Assembly: GCF_006345805.1 (NCBI RefSeq)
Contig: NC_043004.1
Location: 25,668,001 to 25,732,000, forward strand
Source of the DNA: Octopus sinensis
Taxonomy: Eukaryota
Direction of reading: 5' to 3'
DNA length: 64,000 nucleotides
A model generated the notes under the pieces. The model did no database searches. It saw only the letters and a program-made list of their open reading frames with translations, and was not told the origin of the DNA. Below are positions 62,690 through 64,000 of this stretch, in pieces; within the stretch, counting starts at the first letter, position 1, and each line of letters opens with the position of its first letter. The translations under genes and the position numbers were made by a program.

Positions 62690-63600
62690 TTAAAGCACTT
62701 AACTTCAGTCATAGTTTGCCAAATAGTAGGTAGTGGTCAGAGACTGCATCAGCCCCTCTTTTTTCCCTAACATCTATCAGTGATCTCCTGAACTTGCAGC
62801 TTACACAGATGTGATTGATCTGATTTTGAAATTTCAGATCTGGCGATACCCATGTGGCTTTGTGAAGGTCTTTGTGTGGAAATAAAGTTCCTCCAATGAC
62901 CAACTGGTTATTTGCGCAAAAATCAGCAAATAACTGGCCATGAGCATTCATGCTTCCTAAACCATGTTTTCCCATAATGGCTTCAAATCCTAAATTGATG
63001 TTTCCAACTTTTGCGTTGAAATCAGCCATAACCATTATCAACTCTTTCTCAGTTCGTTTTTCAATTATGCTCTGCAGAGTATCATAAAATTCGACTTTTG
63101 CTAATTCATCAACATCATTTGTTGGGGCATAGCACATAACGATTATTAGGAAAATCCGCTTATGAGACGTTCTAGACTTTGCTAGTATTAATCTATCGTT
63201 TATGGGTAGCCATTCTATAAATGCTTTAACCGCTTTCTTAGTCAGCACCAGTACTACTCCCCTTGTGTGACGCGCCTTGTCAGCTTTGTGCCCCGAGTAT
63301 ATAATTGTTTTTCCTGAAGCTAGCTTAGTTTGTCCATTATCAATCCACCTAGTTTCACACAAACCCAAAATGTCCAATTTGTAATTGTCCATTTCTTTGC
63401 CAATATTTGCACGCTTTCCAGCAGTAAACATTGTTCGAACATTCCACACACAAAAACCTTGTGGAATCCTTTCTCGAAAGCAGTATCGGCCAACTAGCTT
63501 CCCGAGGGCTTTGACTATTCGGCGGTATAAAAAACCTTTGACTCTGGAAACCTTCAGTTGGTAAGTTAATACAAGTTTTATCAACTATCAGTGTTTTCGT
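62690..63600 (-). mobile_element. RTE-type LINE APE endonuclease domain (3'-truncated)
   Basis: ORF 62709-63584 reads WNVRTM, DILGLCETRW, CYAPT, DFNAKVG, NQINHI and SDH. Confidence 0.88.
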
Positions 63601-64000
63601 AATCAATTTGAAAATCCAATGCACGGGTGATTAGCCCATTCAACTTAATTTACTAAAAAACAAAGACACCCAAAATAAAATACAGAAAAGCATTATTATG
63701 CAAATCAATGCAAATAAAAAGGATGCAAGGCAACACAAGAGAACATACTTGGTCGAAAATTAAGGATGCTTTTATTTCTGCGTAGGGTGTGTAAACAAAA
63801 AGAATAAGACGTGGATATCACAAGAGACACTAACAGCCATAGAAGTAAGAAAGAAGCTAAAGGAAAAATTACTATCGGCAAGCTTAGAAGTAGAGATAAA
63901 TAGATGTCAGGGAAATTACAACCAACAAAATAAGAAAGTTAAAAAACAATTAAGAAGAGACAAGCGAAAATTTCGAAAATTTAGCAACAACAGCAGAAAG

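Overview
This is AT-rich, microsatellite-rich, repeat-dense animal DNA. Its SINE and RTE-LINE families look cephalopod (Octopus-like), which is an inference. One protein-coding gene can be supported: nicalin (NCLN, a non-catalytic M28-peptidase-fold ER membrane protein) on the minus strand. I could assemble coding exons 1-9 with consistent splice phases, from the ATG at 44946 down to the exon 9 end at 1110; the C-terminal exons lie beyond the left edge of the window. Intron 1 is about 25.5 kb. Intron 6 (5662-7765) has both signatures of a U12-type minor-spliceosome intron. The rest is mostly decayed mobile DNA: RTE, CR1-like and HERO-like LINEs, tRNA-type SINEs, mariner/Tc1 and Chapaev-like remnants, TTAA MITEs, Helitrons, an LTR-retrotransposon RNase H relic and a solo LTR. 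Items worth follow-up are the U12 intron, hammerhead-ribozyme-like cassettes and fold-back palindromes in Penelope-like repeats, a twin-priming-like inverted LINE with nested insertions, a PHD finger inside the RTE reverse transcriptase, and a CpG gradient around the promoter. I found no clearly new biological system; the best candidates are listed with tests.
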